Below, one piece after another: positions 29,044 through 38,766 of a stretch of DNA of 64,000 nucleotides. The translations under genes were made by a program, and so were the position numbers. Location of the stretch: assembly GCA_963705505.1 (NCBI GenBank), contig CAVPJU010000010.1:672001-736000 (forward strand), read 5' to 3'. Under the pieces are notes generated by a model. The model had not been told where the DNA came from. It saw only the letters and a program-made list of their open reading frames with translations, and searched no databases. This DNA is from an uncultured bacterium. Its GTDB lineage: Bacteria > Desulfobacterota_D > UBA1144 > Nemesobacterales > UBA2774. Each line of letters opens with the position of its first letter. The first letter of the stretch is position 1.

Positions 29044-29568
29044 ATGAAAAAATTATTCGTATTTCTTGCACCCGCTATAATCCTCATCCCTGTTCTTTTA
29101 TCCTGTGACCAGGGAAAGGGAGATTCGGATAACGAATCGGGCAAACCTGCGGCAAAGAGCTTCTCCCTCGAAACCGTCGACGGCAGCAAAAAAGTCAGCC
29201 TTGGTGATTTTAAAGGGAAGCCGGTAGTTGTTAATTTCTGGGCTACCTGGTGCGGTCCCTGCAAAGAGGAACTGCCCCTCTTCCAAAGGATGTGGAACAA
29301 ATACGAGGATAAAGACATCACATTCATAGGCATAGATGTTATGGACGACAGGTCGAATGCAGCGGAATTTATCAAAAGCACCGGCATCACCTACACGAAC
29401 CTTTACGATCAGCCGGGAGAGGTATCCTCAAAATATATGGTCGTGGCGCTGCCGGCTACATTTTTCATAGATAAGGAAGGGAAAATAGCCGTTAAAAACT
29501 ACGGGCCCTTCGTCGGGGACGACGGGGAAAAGAAATTCAAGCTGTATATAAAGGAGATAACCGAGTGA
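29044..29568 (+). CDS. TlpA/ResA-family thiol-disulfide oxidoreductase lipoprotein
   Basis: Lipobox LLSC; NFWATWCGPC; LP.TFFID. Confidence 0.92.
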   Translation: MKKLFVFLAPAIILIPVLLSCDQGKGDSDNESGKPAAKSFSLETVDGSKKVSLGDFKGKPVVVNFWATWCGPCKEELPLFQRMWNKYEDKDITFIGIDVMDDRSNAAEFIKSTGITYTNLYDQPGEVSSKYMVVALPATFFIDKEGKIAVKNYGPFVGDDGEKKFKLYIKEITE

Positions 29569-30320
29569 ATCATGCTGAGCTCCAGGTAAGCTGGATCATC
29601 GCATTTCTGGCAGGTGTAATCTCGTTCCTCTCCCCATGCGTGCTGCCCCTTATCCCGGGGTACGTTTCCATGGTTTCCAAAATGTCGTTCGATGAGCTCA
29701 CGGGGGAAACGACAGAGAGAAAAACCGGCAGGATCCTCGTACCCAGCCTCCTCTTCGTGCTGGGGTTTTCATTCGTATTCGTGACGCTGGGCGCCTCCGC
29801 TTCCTATATCGGCACATTCCTTCACGAGAACAAGGTGCTTCTCCTGCGGATCTCGGGAGTGATAATCATACTATTCGGGCTTTTTTCGATGGACATACTC
29901 AAAATCCCCCAGCTATACAGGGAAAGGAGACTTTACTTCACGGACGGCAATCTGGGCCTCGTAGGCATTTTCTTCCTCGGTATCGCTTTCGGTTTCGGAT
30001 GGACGCCCTGTGTAGGACCGATACTGGCCTCGATACTCCTTTATGCGAGCACCGCCGAGGGAGCGGGAAAGGGGGCGCTGCTGTTGTTTATCTATTCGAT
30101 CGGCCTCGGTCTCCCGTTTATCGTCACCGGTCTTGCCCTTTCAAAAGCCCTCACCGCCTTCGGATGGATAAAGCGCAATTATGGCCTCTATAAAATCATT
30201 GTCGGTGGGACGTTAATAATCGTTGGAATCCTCATGGTCACCAATAACCTCTTTTACCTCAATATTCTCGGCCAGAGGGCACTCGACTGGGCTGGGATAG
30301 ATTTCTGGAAGTCCTTCTGA
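29565..30320 (+). CDS. ccdA: Cytochrome c biogenesis protein CcdA
   Basis: SFLSPCVLPLIPGY and GWTPCVGPIL. Confidence 0.93.
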   Translation: MNHAELQVSWIIAFLAGVISFLSPCVLPLIPGYVSMVSKMSFDELTGETTERKTGRILVPSLLFVLGFSFVFVTLGASASYIGTFLHENKVLLLRISGVIIILFGLFSMDILKIPQLYRERRLYFTDGNLGLVGIFFLGIAFGFGWTPCVGPILASILLYASTAEGAGKGALLLFIYSIGLGLPFIVTGLALSKALTAFGWIKRNYGLYKIIVGGTLIIVGILMVTNNLFYLNILGQRALDWAGIDFWKSF

Positions 30321-30324
30321 GAAT

Positions 30325-31119
30325 TTGAGAAACCAAGCCCGACTGTTGTATGATTCTTCCGTGAATTCAGTGAGCGTAAACTGGAATCGTCCTCCCGGTA
30401 CCCTGACCCTTAATGAAGGTGAAATCCATGTATGGAGAATAGCCCTCGATGACCCGGCCCTGAAACCCGAGGATTTATTTAAGGACATACTTTCCGAAGA
30501 GGAAAAACAAAGAGCGGTCAGGCTCCGCTTTTCAGAGTACAGGAACAAATTCATCAACGCGCGCAGCTGCCTTAGAAAGATACTGGGGAATTATTTAAAA
30601 ACTCATCCGAAAGAAATCGTTTTCGAATGCAATGAATACGGGAAGCCGGCGATCCCCGCCGAATCCAACCCGGACGAAATAAAGTTCAACCTGACACATT
30701 CCCGGAATCTCGCCCTTTGCGCAGTCGCAAAAAAAAATGATGTAGGCATCGACGTCGAATTCGTGAGACACGTGATGCGGCCGGATAGGATACTCGAACG
30801 CTTTTTTTCCGAGAATGAAAGAGAGCTCTATAATTCACGCCCGGAAACTATGAAAATCCGGGCTTTTTTCAAGCTATGGACAATAAAAGAAGCATATTCG
30901 AAAGCGCTCGGGACCGGTTTTACGTCACGACTAAAGGGAGCAGACTTGTCTTCGGTTCTAAGAGACGCGTCACCCGCTTGTGCCCTCGTGTCCCTCAGGG
31001 AAGGCGAAGGAAAATGGTCAATACTGCAAATCGCTCCCGACGGCGAACACATAGGAGCCCTGGCCTTGAGGGGAGAGATGAAAAGAATCAGTTATTTCTT
31101 AGCCGGTCAGTCGGGATAA
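30325..31119 (+). CDS. Sfp-type 4'-phosphopantetheinyl transferase
   Basis: YGKP, FNLTHS, VGIDVE, WT.KEAY.KA.G.G. Confidence 0.92.
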   Translation: MRNQARLLYDSSVNSVSVNWNRPPGTLTLNEGEIHVWRIALDDPALKPEDLFKDILSEEEKQRAVRLRFSEYRNKFINARSCLRKILGNYLKTHPKEIVFECNEYGKPAIPAESNPDEIKFNLTHSRNLALCAVAKKNDVGIDVEFVRHVMRPDRILERFFSENERELYNSRPETMKIRAFFKLWTIKEAYSKALGTGFTSRLKGADLSSVLRDASPACALVSLREGEGKWSILQIAPDGEHIGALALRGEMKRISYFLAGQSG

Positions 31120-31224
31120 TCATCCGAAAAATCGTTCCTTAACATCAATCGTTATCCCGGTTATAATACAAATCTTCCGATAATAGCGGGCTTATTTGCT
31201 CCGGTTATCCGGAAAGTTACCTCA

Positions 31225-31252
31225 TTGACTACTTTTAATATAAAATTATAAT
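31225..31252 (+). promoter_or_regulatory. Sigma70 promoter
   Basis: TTGACT-N16-TATAAT upstream of the FmdB gene. Confidence 0.6.
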
Positions 31253-31289
31253 ACTTTCACTTCATTAGGGTGCCGGAGGTCCTAAGAGA

Positions 31290-31514
31290 GTGCCGATATT
31301 CGAATACAGGTGTCTCGAATGCGACGAGAGGTTCGATACCTTGGTTCTAAGCAGTGAAGAAGTAATCACGTGCAGTTCATGCCAGAGCAAGAATCTTGAG
31401 AAGCAATTCTCCCCTTTCGGAATAAAGTCCGAGGGTGAATTCTCCCCGTCCGGCTCAGCAGGCAGTGGATGCGGATGCAGTCCCGTAAGCTGCGGATGCG
31501 GGGTGAAAAACTAA
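31290..31514 (+). CDS. FmdB-family zinc-ribbon protein
   Basis: MPIFEYRC..C..F, C..C.S..LEK..S, Cys-rich tail; GGAGG SD with GTG start. Confidence 0.88.
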   Translation: MPIFEYRCLECDERFDTLVLSSEEVITCSSCQSKNLEKQFSPFGIKSEGEFSPSGSAGSGCGCSPVSCGCGVKN

Positions 31515-31580
31515 CGTAAAGATTCGTTATGCAAATCCAAACAATTATAAAAGCAACAATAAACGGAGGATTATCATTAC

Positions 31581-32915
31581 ATGTCAAATTCGGCTGATAA
31601 AGAGGAAGGTATGGCTGATAAAGAAAAAGATATGAAGCAAGCCGCTCTGGAATACCACAGTGTTGGCCGAAAAGGGAAAATAGAGGTTGTACCGACTAAG
31701 CCTTGCCTGACGCAATGGGACCTCTCTTTGGCATACTCGCCGGGCGTGGCGGAGCCATGTATGGAGATATACAGAGACCCCAATTTAGCCTACGAATATA
31801 CAAACAAGGGAAACCTGGTAGGGGTTATAACGAACGGTACCGCTGTTCTGGGCCTTGGGAAGATAGGGGCGCTGGCCGGCAAGCCCGTGATGGAAGGTAA
31901 AAGCGTCCTCTTTAAGAGGTTCGCCGGGATAGACGCGTTCGATATCGAGTTAAATACGGACGACCCCGACGAGATTATAAGAACAGTCAAATATCTGGAG
32001 CCGACATTCGGAGGCATTAACCTTGAAGACATTAAGGCTCCCGAGTGCTTTTATATTGAAGACGAGCTGAGGAAACAAATGGATATTCCTGTATTTCACG
32101 ACGACCAGCACGGAACCGCGATAATATCGGGAGCGGGGTTGCTGAATGCGTGCGAGCTCGTAAAAAAGGAAATAAGCGAGCTCAGGATGACCTTTAACGG
32201 CGCGGGGGCTTCCGCGATTGCCTGCGCGGAATTCTTTATCCACCTCGGAGCAAAAAGAGACAACATGATCATGTGCGACAGCCGCGGGGTCATATACAAG
32301 GGGAGGGAAGCGAATATGAACCCCCAGAAAGAAAGATTCGCGGTAGATACGAACGCCAGGACACTCGAGGACGCCATGAAAGGGGCTGATGTATTTGTCG
32401 GACTCTCGACAGGAAACGCAGTCACCAAGAAAATGGTTAAATCCATGGCGGACAACCCGATTATATTTGCAATGGCTAATCCGGACCCCGAAATCACATA
32501 TCCGGATGCCAAAGCCGCCAGAAAGGACGTAATAATGGCCACAGGAAGGTCCGACTATCCGAATCAGGTAAACAACGTTCTGGGATTCCCCTTTATATTC
32601 AGAGGCGCGCTCGATGTGAGGGCAAAAGCGATAAATGAAGAGATGAAAGTGGCAGCCGCGTATTCCCTGGCGAAGCTGGCCAAAATGGGGGCGGACGAGA
32701 AAGTTGCAAAAGCCTACGGGAAAAAACATTTCGATTTCGGACCTGAATATATAGTGCCGTCGCCGTTTGACCCCAGGGTCCTCGTATTGGAGTCGGTTGC
32801 AGTCGCCGAGGCGGCCATGCATACCGGAGCATCGAGAATAAAAATCGATATCGAGGAATACAGGGAGCAATTAGAGAGAAAAGTCGAAGACAAATTGAAG
32901 AGATGGAGTGTCTGA
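31581..32915 (+). CDS. NAD(P)-dependent malic enzyme (MaeB-type, no PTA domain)
   Basis: [46 protein letters not shown]. Confidence 0.94.
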   Translation: MSNSADKEEGMADKEKDMKQAALEYHSVGRKGKIEVVPTKPCLTQWDLSLAYSPGVAEPCMEIYRDPNLAYEYTNKGNLVGVITNGTAVLGLGKIGALAGKPVMEGKSVLFKRFAGIDAFDIELNTDDPDEIIRTVKYLEPTFGGINLEDIKAPECFYIEDELRKQMDIPVFHDDQHGTAIISGAGLLNACELVKKEISELRMTFNGAGASAIACAEFFIHLGAKRDNMIMCDSRGVIYKGREANMNPQKERFAVDTNARTLEDAMKGADVFVGLSTGNAVTKKMVKSMADNPIIFAMANPDPEITYPDAKAARKDVIMATGRSDYPNQVNNVLGFPFIFRGALDVRAKAINEEMKVAAAYSLAKLAKMGADEKVAKAYGKKHFDFGPEYIVPSPFDPRVLVLESVAVAEAAMHTGASRIKIDIEEYREQLERKVEDKLKRWSV

Positions 32916-33021
32916 CCTATTCTTCTTGGTGCAGAGTATAAAGATTAGTCTTTTTTCTTGACAGAATATCACGACACTCCTATGGGCTTTAATAAATTAA
33001 TCTTTATCCGCAAAAAACAAG

Positions 33022-33906
33022 TTGTCACCAAGCAGCGACCTCAGCAAGAATAAAAAGTTCCGAACGGCTCTCCTATCGATTAGTGTATCCCTCGTTCTGA
33101 TCATCATTAAGGTCATATTCGGGATCCTCACCAATTCAATAAGCATATTGGCTTCAGCCGCAGATTCTCTGCTCGATATAATCACTTCATCGGTAAATTT
33201 TTATTCAATACGAAAAGCAGAAAAGCCCGCCGACCATGACCACAAATTCGGCCACGGAAAAGCCGAGGGACTGGCGGGGCTGTTCCAGACTTTCATAATA
33301 GGGTCTTCCGCCCTTTATCTCATATACCTGTCGATCGTAAGACTCATAAAAGGCGGCAGCCTCGTATCGCTCGACTGGGGAATCGTAGTAATAGCCTTAT
33401 CGATAGTCGTTAGTTTTTTTCTTGCAAGACACATCAGGAAAGTCGCCGAGGAAACCGGAAGCATAGTTTTGAGCGCGGACAGCCTCCACTATAAATTCGA
33501 CGTATACACGAACGGAGGAATTGCTGCGGGACTCATCGCCATAAAACTCACCGGGCTGCACAATATCGATCCCATAATATCTATTGTTATCGCTATATTC
33601 ATAATCTGGTCATCTAAAGACGTGGTAATCGAATCCGTCGATATATTAATGGACAAAGAGCTCCCGCCGCATACCGTTTCCGAGATAGAAGAAATAATCA
33701 TGAGATACAATCCGAGCGTCAAGAGTTATCATAAGCTCAGGACGAGGAACGCGGGGTCTGTCAAATTTGTCGAATTCCATGTCGTCATGGACCATACGCT
33801 CACTTTTGTAAAGTCGCATGAAATAGCGGAACAAATAGTCGAAGATATCAAGGAAAGAATCGGGAACTCCGAAGTAACTGTGCACGTCGACCCCGATAAA
33901 CGTTAA
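33022..33906 (+). CDS. Cation diffusion facilitator (FieF/YiiP-like)
   Basis: ASAADS..D, KPADHDH.FGHGKAE, ADSLHY..D, VHVDP. Confidence 0.92.
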   Translation: MSPSSDLSKNKKFRTALLSISVSLVLIIIKVIFGILTNSISILASAADSLLDIITSSVNFYSIRKAEKPADHDHKFGHGKAEGLAGLFQTFIIGSSALYLIYLSIVRLIKGGSLVSLDWGIVVIALSIVVSFFLARHIRKVAEETGSIVLSADSLHYKFDVYTNGGIAAGLIAIKLTGLHNIDPIISIVIAIFIIWSSKDVVIESVDILMDKELPPHTVSEIEEIIMRYNPSVKSYHKLRTRNAGSVKFVEFHVVMDHTLTFVKSHEIAEQIVEDIKERIGNSEVTVHVDPDKR

Positions 33907-34079
33907 ACCCGGCCATAATCTCCCATAAACAAATAATTTTTACCATAGCTAAAATATTTGTTGTACAGGACTAATCCGTTAGGGATAATTGGAGTTAAGG
34001 GCTGAAATATGAGAATTTGCAACTTTAGTGGGATTTCAAGGTTTATACACATATAAGGCCGGATTTATTGGAGAGAGTA

Positions 34080-34439
34080 ATGAAAAAAATAATATTACCT
34101 ATTTTAATCGTGATTGCTCTTATGATAGCCGCTCCTGCTTCAAGCCTGGCCCGTAACGGACACGGGTATCACGGACAGGGATATTACGGAAACGGATACC
34201 GCGGACAGGGATATCATGGACAGGGATACTATAATCACGGCTACGGGCATCATTACAATCACGGTTCTAATTTCACAACCAGCTTCTTTTTCGGGGCACC
34301 CTATGCATATTACCCCAGTCCCTATGTATATTATGCGCCGCCTCCGCCGCCAGTCGTTTATTACGCGCCCCCTCCTGTGTACTACGCGCCCCCTCCCCCT
34401 CCGTCGGGACAGCTATTCTTCGGATTCACAGTAGATTGA
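34080..34439 (+). CDS. Exported Gly/His/Tyr-repeat and Pro-rich small protein
   Basis: MKK signal peptide, GxGYx repeats, (VYYAPPP)3. Confidence 0.8.
   Translation: MKKIILPILIVIALMIAAPASSLARNGHGYHGQGYYGNGYRGQGYHGQGYYNHGYGHHYNHGSNFTTSFFFGAPYAYYPSPYVYYAPPPPPVVYYAPPPVYYAPPPPPSGQLFFGFTVD
34158..34232 (+). repeat. Five imperfect 15-nt coding tandem repeats (GGA CAG GGA TAT CAY)
   Basis: Encode GHGYH-GQGYY-GNGYR-GQGYH-GQGYY. Confidence 0.85.
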
Positions 34440-34674
34440 ACCTGTGTGACGCATTCGAACTCCCGGGCATCATTATTGTGAAAGCCTGACGAACGGCAGG
34501 CAGCCAGGATAAATCTGACACGGAGATGCCCCCGGAGAGGTGTAGTCTCGCTATACTGAAATACACGAACATCAAAACTGTTGCGCCCTTTTCAGTTAGA
34601 AATAACCGGGTACTCTCATAATCTCATCAAAACCTATCACGATCGGAAGCCGGGGACATTCTAAATATAAGCCC

Positions 34675-35328
34675 ATGATAAAAGCGGTCATATTCGACAT
34701 GGACGGAGTAATGATAGACAGCGAGCCCCTCTGGGAAAAAACAGAGAGGATACTGCTTGCGCGGAGGAGCATCGATTACAGCCCCGAATACAGGGACCTG
34801 ATCGTGGGCCTGAACCAAAAGGATTCGGGCAGACTCCTGAGAGAGACTTTCTCGCTCAGAGAAACCGTAGATGAAATCATTTCGGAAAGAGTCGACATTC
34901 TGACCGGCATTTACGAAGAAGAACTCGAGGTGGTTCCGAGCCTGACGCCGCTTTTAAACGAACTGAGATTGAGCGAATACCTGCTGGCCGTAGCCTCGAG
35001 CTCGCCGCTCAGGGTTATTAATTTCGTACTCGATATGTTTTCCCTCCATCAATACTTCGATGCAGTAGTCTCGGGGGAATGCACGGAAAACGGCAAGCCG
35101 CATCCGGACATATATCTCCATACGGCTGACCGGCTGGGAGTTAATCCCTCCGAGTGTGTCGCAATAGAAGACTCGATCAACGGCGTAAGATCGGCAACAA
35201 GCGCGGGAATGTACTGCATCGCGATACCGGACAAGAGACTCAGCCGGGGAGAGTTCGAAAGAGCCGACCTGATTCTCGAGAGCATGGACGATTTAAATAT
35301 CGGGGTATTTGAAAGTTTGAAGCCCTGA
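34675..35328 (+). CDS. HAD-family phosphatase
   Basis: FDMDGV..DSE, KPHPD.Y, IEDS.NGV. Confidence 0.92.
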   Translation: MIKAVIFDMDGVMIDSEPLWEKTERILLARRSIDYSPEYRDLIVGLNQKDSGRLLRETFSLRETVDEIISERVDILTGIYEEELEVVPSLTPLLNELRLSEYLLAVASSSPLRVINFVLDMFSLHQYFDAVVSGECTENGKPHPDIYLHTADRLGVNPSECVAIEDSINGVRSATSAGMYCIAIPDKRLSRGEFERADLILESMDDLNIGVFESLKP

Positions 35329-35359
35329 ACAGGTACTCAAGCCACTCAATTTGATGAAG

Positions 35360-35668
35360 CTATCCATATTTTTCCGTAAACTGCTCATCGGTCATGCTCA
35401 GGTAGATTATGCCTTCGATAAAAGCTACAAGTGCCGGTATGAGAGTCCAGCAGAACAATATATATACTATTCCCCAGCCGACGCGACCTAAATAGAACTT
35501 GTGTATCCCTATCCCGCCCAGCAAAAGCGCGAAAATCGCGGCAGTTACCCTGTTCCTTCCGCTCGGTGATCTCATTCCGGGCTGCCTTACGCCGCATTTA
35601 GGGCATATTTCAGCCTTGATATCAATTTGTTCGCCGCAATTTACGCAATATTTACGATCTTCGGACAT
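35360..35668 (-). CDS. Zinc-ribbon + TM2-domain membrane protein
   Basis: YCVNCG..ICPKCG; LLGGIGIHKFYLG; ATG 35668 follows GGAGG. Confidence 0.88.
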   Translation of the reverse strand: MSEDRKYCVNCGEQIDIKAEICPKCGVRQPGMRSPSGRNRVTAAIFALLLGGIGIHKFYLGRVGWGIVYILFCWTLIPALVAFIEGIIYLSMTDEQFTEKYG

Positions 35669-35762
35669 TTCAATCGAATCCTCCATGAGTGTGTCGGAAA
35701 AACAACAGATTATCGCATCATTCGCGGCCCGCTGTCAACGGTGAACTAATAAATTAATAAAG

Positions 35763-36758
35763 CTAGCTCGGTTTATGCATGGGAGGAGCCATAAATTCCG
35801 GGCCAACGGGGTCCTTAATCGTATCTTCGAGAATTTTATCGATGGCGTCGAAATCATCTTTGTTTAAAGACCACCCCAGCATACCATCGATAGGCTGAAG
35901 CTGGTCGGGACGCCTTGCTCCCCAGAGCGCGATGTGATCCTGCGCCCTGTCGAGTATCCAGCGAATCGCGAGGTGTATCACGTGCTTTCCGTATTTCTTT
36001 TGGGCGTACCGATCCAGTTCTTCTACAGCTTTTAAATACTGCCCGAACCTGGGCTGCTTGAATTTGGGATCGGCTTTCCGTATATCGTCCCCTTCGAACT
36101 TCGTATCCCCCTTCATCCTTCCGCTCAAAAGGCCGCGGCAGATCGCCCCGTAAAATAGCATGGTGATCCCGCTCGCATCGCAGTAAGGAAGAACATCGCG
36201 CTCGATTACCCGCTCGAACAAATTGAATGGGGGCTGGCATATGTGGAGCGGCACTTTACTCCTGAATATATCCATCTGCTCGGTCGAATAATTGCTCACC
36301 CCGATCGCCCTGATTTTTCCAGTTTGATAAAGCTCGTTCATTGCCTGAGCGGCTTCTTCGATCGGGGTATCGAAATCGGGCCAGTGTACCTGGTATATGT
36401 CTATATAATTCGTGCGGAGTCTCTCGAGAGAATCCTCGACCTCTTTCATTATGCGATTCCTTGTAGAGTTGCGGTACACCTTTCCGCTTGTCCAGTCGAG
36501 ACCCACCTTGGTAGCGATGACGACCTTTTCCCTGTCTCCGTACTCGGTCAAAGCCTTTCCCACAATCTCCTCAGACCTCCCGAAACCGTAGATCGCAGCC
36601 GTATCTACGAGGTTAATTCCCTTACCGAGGGCGGCTAGAATAGTATCTACGGACTCGCGCTCCTCGCTGCCTCCCCAGAGCCAACCCCCGATAGCCCAGC
36701 AGCCGAGGCCTATACGCGAGGATACGATATCCGTCCCTTTTATCCTGATATATTCCAT
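35763..36758 (-). CDS. Aldo/keto reductase
   Basis: GLGCW..GG, DTA..YG.G.SE, ATK, YQVHWPD, IGVSN; ATG 36758 follows GGAGG. Confidence 0.93.
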   Translation of the reverse strand: MEYIRIKGTDIVSSRIGLGCWAIGGWLWGGSEERESVDTILAALGKGINLVDTAAIYGFGRSEEIVGKALTEYGDREKVVIATKVGLDWTSGKVYRNSTRNRIMKEVEDSLERLRTNYIDIYQVHWPDFDTPIEEAAQAMNELYQTGKIRAIGVSNYSTEQMDIFRSKVPLHICQPPFNLFERVIERDVLPYCDASGITMLFYGAICRGLLSGRMKGDTKFEGDDIRKADPKFKQPRFGQYLKAVEELDRYAQKKYGKHVIHLAIRWILDRAQDHIALWGARRPDQLQPIDGMLGWSLNKDDFDAIDKILEDTIKDPVGPEFMAPPMHKPS

Positions 36759-36967
36759 GCTGCAGTACCTCCTCACATTATTGACTTTTCATGCCGGATT
36801 CAGGCGTCCCTCATAATGGTATGCCGTTTATAATCTGTATTTCACAACTATCTTACCCGTCCGATAATCCTTGTCCCATCCATACTTAACACCCGGATCA
36901 ATTTTCATGTCAAAGTTAAAACTTATTTGACTTCGGATTATTCAGCTATAAGATATGATATAGGATC

Positions 36968-37357
36968 ATGAAGAGATTTTTTAGCCTTTTTCTAGTCGTC
37001 AATATACTTGCATGCTACGGCGGGTTCTACCGGAATACATTCGCTTCGACCGATCCGGCGCGTGTAAAGCCGATGTCCGGCTGCCACTTGATGAATCACG
37101 AAAACAATAAACCCGCAAACGAGAATTCTTCCCGAATCATTAACGATTCGGCCAATACGGATAGTCCTTGCTGTTCCGAGAGCCTGACAAACATACACCC
37201 TGACCTCAACGCTAAGATTGAAATAGTATCTATCGATAGAACACAACCGGCAATACTCAATAACGGTAAAGACCATCTTAAAAAACAACGGGATAACTCC
37301 CTCAGAGAGCATGACCCGCCTGATTTACAGATTTCCAATTCCACCTTTTTACTATAA
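36968..37357 (+). CDS. Secreted Cys/His small protein with a C-terminal PP motif (DUF2946/HYC_CC_PP-like); putative regulatory uORF
   Basis: Signal-like N-terminus, GCHLM, PCCS, REHDPP..ISNSTFLL; first ORF before cusCBA. Confidence 0.65.
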   Translation: MKRFFSLFLVVNILACYGGFYRNTFASTDPARVKPMSGCHLMNHENNKPANENSSRIINDSANTDSPCCSESLTNIHPDLNAKIEIVSIDRTQPAILNNGKDHLKKQRDNSLREHDPPDLQISNSTFLL

Positions 37358-37375
37358 TTTTGTCCTTTCCATCTG

Positions 37376-37430
37376 ATCCCCGCACTGCCCGACGATAAGT
37401 CATGGGCAGCGAGGGATTCTTGCGTTTTCT
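37376..37430 (+). terminator. Long hairpin with U-rich tail between the uORF and the TolC gene (attenuator candidate)
   Basis: ATCCC-CG..CTGCCC-GAC / GTC..GGGCAG-CG.GGGAT, then TCTTGCGTTTTCT. Confidence 0.5.
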
Positions 37431-37486
37431 ACAACCATACATCTAAAAAGTTTTAGAGGTGTTCCCCTCTTACCGGAGGCAAATAT

Positions 37487-38764
37487 ATGAAAGAGATATG
37501 CGCAACGTTATTTCTAATTTTATTTTTAACGCAAAGCTTATCCGCGCAGCAAGTCGAGACGCTGGATTCTTTAGTAAACGAGGCGCTTCGAAATAATCCC
37601 GAGATAAAAGCGGCGAAAGCGAAGTGGGGAGCTTCCACGAAGCGTCCCACACAGGAAGGGACCCTGCCCGACCCGATGATAGGAATAGATTGGCAGAACG
37701 TGAGCTTCGACAGCATAACGCTCGACGAGGAATCGAACAGCATGTTGAAATTCTCATTCGAACAGGAAATCCCTTTTCCCGGAAAGCTCTCATCGAAGGA
37801 AAAAATAGCGGCCAGAGAATCCGAAGCCGAGGAGAAATCCTCACAGGCAACGGAGAGGAGAGTTATCGCCGATCTCAAAGCCGCCTATTACGACTGGTAT
37901 CTTTCGAAAAAAGCCATAGAGATCACCGAAAAGAACAAGAAGCTTCTCGAAAAGTTCACCAGGATCGCGGAAGTGAAGTACGAAGTGGGAAAGGGCATAC
38001 AGCAGGACGTGCTGAAAGCCCAGGTTGAGACATCGAAGATCATCGAGGAGCTCGAAGTCTTCAAGCAGAAAAAAGAGATAATCGAGGCGAGGATAAAAAG
38101 TATGCTCAACCGTCCGCAGGATTCCCCGCTAGGCAATCCCGAGGACATAGAAAAAACACCTTTGACCATGACTTCCGAGGAAGTGAGCAAGATCACAAAG
38201 GAAAACGCTCCGCTCCTAGCCATGAAAGAGCGTGAGATAGCGAGGGGAGAAGAGGCTCTGAATCTCGCACAAAAGGAGCTTTATCCCGATTTCGTCGTGG
38301 GAGCCTCTCCGGGAATAATGGGTAGAGCGGGGAACGGCGTTGACGGAATATGGGAGGTATCTCTCGGATTAAAAGTGCCGCTTTATTTCTGGAGAAAGCA
38401 GAAGCCGGGAATCGAGGAAGCGGCGCTCGAATTAAAAGGGGCGCAGGAGGAGTACGGCGCCACGAATCAGGAGCTCAGCTTTAACGTGAAGGAGAGTTAT
38501 CTCAACGCAAGGACATCCGAGAACCTCATGAACCTCTATCAGAAGGGCATAATCCCCCAGTCGAGGCTCGCGCTCGAATCGGCGATTTCCGGTTACCAGG
38601 TGGGGGCGGTCGATTTCCTCACCCTGCTGGACGACCTGATGTCATTATTCAGCTTCGAGCTCGAGTACCATAGACAGCTCGCCGAGTATGAGAAGGCCTT
38701 GGCGAGGATCGAGGAGTTATCAGGCGTTGAATTGACACATCAATCCGAGAGCAAAGGAGAATAA
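37487..38764 (+). CDS. TolC-family outer membrane efflux protein (CusC-like)
   Basis: ALRNNPEI, LPDP, EQEIPFPGKL, two OEP repeats; operon context. Confidence 0.9.
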   Translation: MKEICATLFLILFLTQSLSAQQVETLDSLVNEALRNNPEIKAAKAKWGASTKRPTQEGTLPDPMIGIDWQNVSFDSITLDEESNSMLKFSFEQEIPFPGKLSSKEKIAARESEAEEKSSQATERRVIADLKAAYYDWYLSKKAIEITEKNKKLLEKFTRIAEVKYEVGKGIQQDVLKAQVETSKIIEELEVFKQKKEIIEARIKSMLNRPQDSPLGNPEDIEKTPLTMTSEEVSKITKENAPLLAMKEREIARGEEALNLAQKELYPDFVVGASPGIMGRAGNGVDGIWEVSLGLKVPLYFWRKQKPGIEEAALELKGAQEEYGATNQELSFNVKESYLNARTSENLMNLYQKGIIPQSRLALESAISGYQVGAVDFLTLLDDLMSLFSFELEYHRQLAEYEKALARIEELSGVELTHQSESKGE

Positions 38765-38766
38765 AG

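Noticed and set aside
34478..34493. Hammerhead-like GAAA and CTGACGA words; also a 16S rRNA-like GAAAGCCTGA
   Set aside because: Only 2 nt separate the hammerhead words, so stems I and III cannot form; the rRNA similarity is too short to mean anything
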